DNA of 32,000 nt from NCBI RefSeq assembly GCF_024818015.1, contig NZ_CP093908.1, positions 150,001-182,000 of the forward strand. The letters run 5' to 3'. The notes below the pieces were generated by a model. It was not told where the DNA came from, did no database searches, and saw only the letters and a list, made by a program, of their open reading frames with translations. Below are positions 30,799-32,000 of the stretch, piece by piece. The DNA is from Candidatus Saccharimonadota bacterium (lineage in GTDB: Bacteria > Bacteroidota > Bacteroidia > Flavobacteriales > Blattabacteriaceae). Both the position numbers and the translations under genes were made by a program. How positions within the stretch are numbered: position 1 is the first letter of the stretch; the number at the start of each line of letters is the position of its first letter.

Positions 30799-31440
30799 AT
30801 GATTATGTCAGGAATAATAGGTAAAAATATTGGGATGACTAGTATATATGATGAATCAGGATTTAATGTTCCATGTTCTATAATAGAAGCAGGTCCATGT
30901 ATTGTTTTACAAATAAAAACTAAAGAAAAAGATGGATATAATTCTTGTCAATTAGGTTTTGATGAAAAAAAAAACACCAATAAACCGTTGTTATTTTTTT
31001 TTAAAAAATTTAAATCTACACCTAAAAAAAAAATATTTGAATTCCCTATAAGAGGAAATATAAAATCGGGTAATATAATTAAATTACATTTTTTTAATGA
31101 AAATGAATTAGTTAACATAACTGGGATTTCGAAAGGAAAAGGATTTCAAGGTGTTGTTAAACGTCATGGATTTTCAGGTGTAGGAGAAAGGTCTCATGGG
31201 CAACATAATAGGTCTAGAGCTCCTGGCTCTATAGGTGCAGGTTCTGACCCCTCAAGAGTATTTAAAGGTACTAGAATGGCAGGTAGAATGGGGAATAAGA
31301 AAGTAACTCTAAAAAATAGAAAAATATTAAAAATCGATTTATTAAATAATTTTTTCCTTATAAAAGGATCTGTTCCTGGGGCTAAAAATTCTTATCTAAT
31401 AATTAAAAAACTCAACTCAAATGAAAATAACAATATTTAA
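30799..31440 (+). CDS. rplC: 50S ribosomal protein L3
   Basis: [58 protein letters not shown]. The true start may be the second ATG at 30805. Confidence 0.95.
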   Translation: MIMSGIIGKNIGMTSIYDESGFNVPCSIIEAGPCIVLQIKTKEKDGYNSCQLGFDEKKNTNKPLLFFFKKFKSTPKKKIFEFPIRGNIKSGNIIKLHFFNENELVNITGISKGKGFQGVVKRHGFSGVGERSHGQHNRSRAPGSIGAGSDPSRVFKGTRMAGRMGNKKVTLKNRKILKIDLLNNFFLIKGSVPGAKNSYLIIKKLNSNENNNI

Positions 31441-32000
31441 TAATTCAGGTATAGAAACAGGTAGGTACTTAAAAGTAAATAATTGTTTTCTAAAAAAAGA
31501 AAATAATAATATTTTATTTCTTGATATAAAGAGATATTTATCCGACCAAAGACAGGGGACCAATAAATCTAAAGAAAGAAGTGAAATTACAGGAAGTACA
31601 AAAAAAATTCAACGTCAAAAGGGAAGTGGAAATGCAAGAAAAGGAGATATAAAAAACCCGATATTTAGATCTGGGGGACGAATTTTTGGTCCGAAACCAA
31701 GGAATTTTAATATAAAAATTAATAATAAGTCTAAATTTTTAGCCCAAAAAACTATACTAAATTTTAAGTTAAGAACCAATAAAATAAAAGTGATAGAAGA
31801 TTTTAAAATTAATATTATAAAAACTAAATTAGTCTTGAAAATTTTTAAGAGATTAAATTTTAATTTTAAAAAATCATTAATTATTTATAATAAAAGAAAT
31901 GATATTTTGTTTTTTTCATCTAGAAATTTCAAATTTACTAATATTTTGTCAATTAATGAATTAAATAGTTATGAATTAGCAAATTCCGACTATTTAGTTT
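31421..32000 (+). CDS. rplD: 50S ribosomal protein L4, N-terminal ~193 codons; continues past the window
   Basis: Hand translation from ATG 31421 gives [17 protein letters not shown]...[53 protein letters not shown]..., with the L4 KGTG.AR.G and GG..FGP.PR motifs. The frame is open to the window end and overlaps the rplC 3' end by 20 nt. Confidence 0.9.
   Translation, partial: MKITIFNNSGIETGRYLKVNNCFLKKENNNILFLDIKRYLSDQRQGTNKSKERSEITGSTKKIQRQKGSGNARKGDIKNPIFRSGGRIFGPKPRNFNIKINNKSKFLAQKTILNFKLRTNKIKVIEDFKINIIKTKLVLKIFKRLNFNFKKSLIIYNKRNDILFFSSRNFKFTNILSINELNSYELANSDYLV

Overview
The window is very AT-rich and almost entirely coding, with no gaps large enough for accessory genes. It looks like core chromosome of a reduced-genome Bacteroidota (Flavobacteriales-type) insect endosymbiont. 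From memory of gene content, protein motifs and base composition it most resembles 'Candidatus Sulcia muelleri'; I could not run a search to confirm this.

Genes in order:
- lpdA (partial), tRNA-Leu(GAG), a START-like small protein, tRNA(CAU), sucA, sucB
- smpB, a DUF59/SufT-like protein, a repeat-laden DUF3127-type protein
- groEL, groES, a secG-like ORF, miaB
- sufBCDS, a short infB
- the aromatic and aspartate-pathway genes aroG/chorismate mutase, pheA and asd
- rpsT, tRNA-Glu(UUC), aroA, rpsP, tRNA-Gln(UUG), an aspC-like aminotransferase, rpmF
- pdhB, rpoD, pnp, rpsO
- rpmE, rpsL, rpsG, fusA, rpsJ, rplC, rplD (partial)

UGA is used as a stop codon, so the genetic code is standard. Many neighbouring genes overlap by 1-13 nt, and two convergent pairs share their stop codons.

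I see no rRNA, CRISPR array, transposase, integrase, phage gene, toxin-antitoxin pair, restriction-modification system or recognisable defence or secretion system. I cannot honestly claim a novel multi-gene system here.

The features worth a second look are local:
1. The DUF3127-type ORF at 5822-6472 has an SSB-like layout: a core, an acidic E/S/G linker and a C-terminal EDFPF tip. It sits in a 750-bp cluster of four independent tandem-repeat arrays, including an amplified start-codon cassette and an amplified copy of the groEL stop region.
2. infB is separated from its only upstream ATG by an A14 tract in the wrong frame, which fits polymerase slippage or a homopolymer sequencing error.
3. 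aroA carries an in-frame 21-bp triplication immediately next to the catalytic-Asp motif.
4. A hairpin-containing 41-bp tandem duplication lies at the convergent rpmF/pdhB junction.
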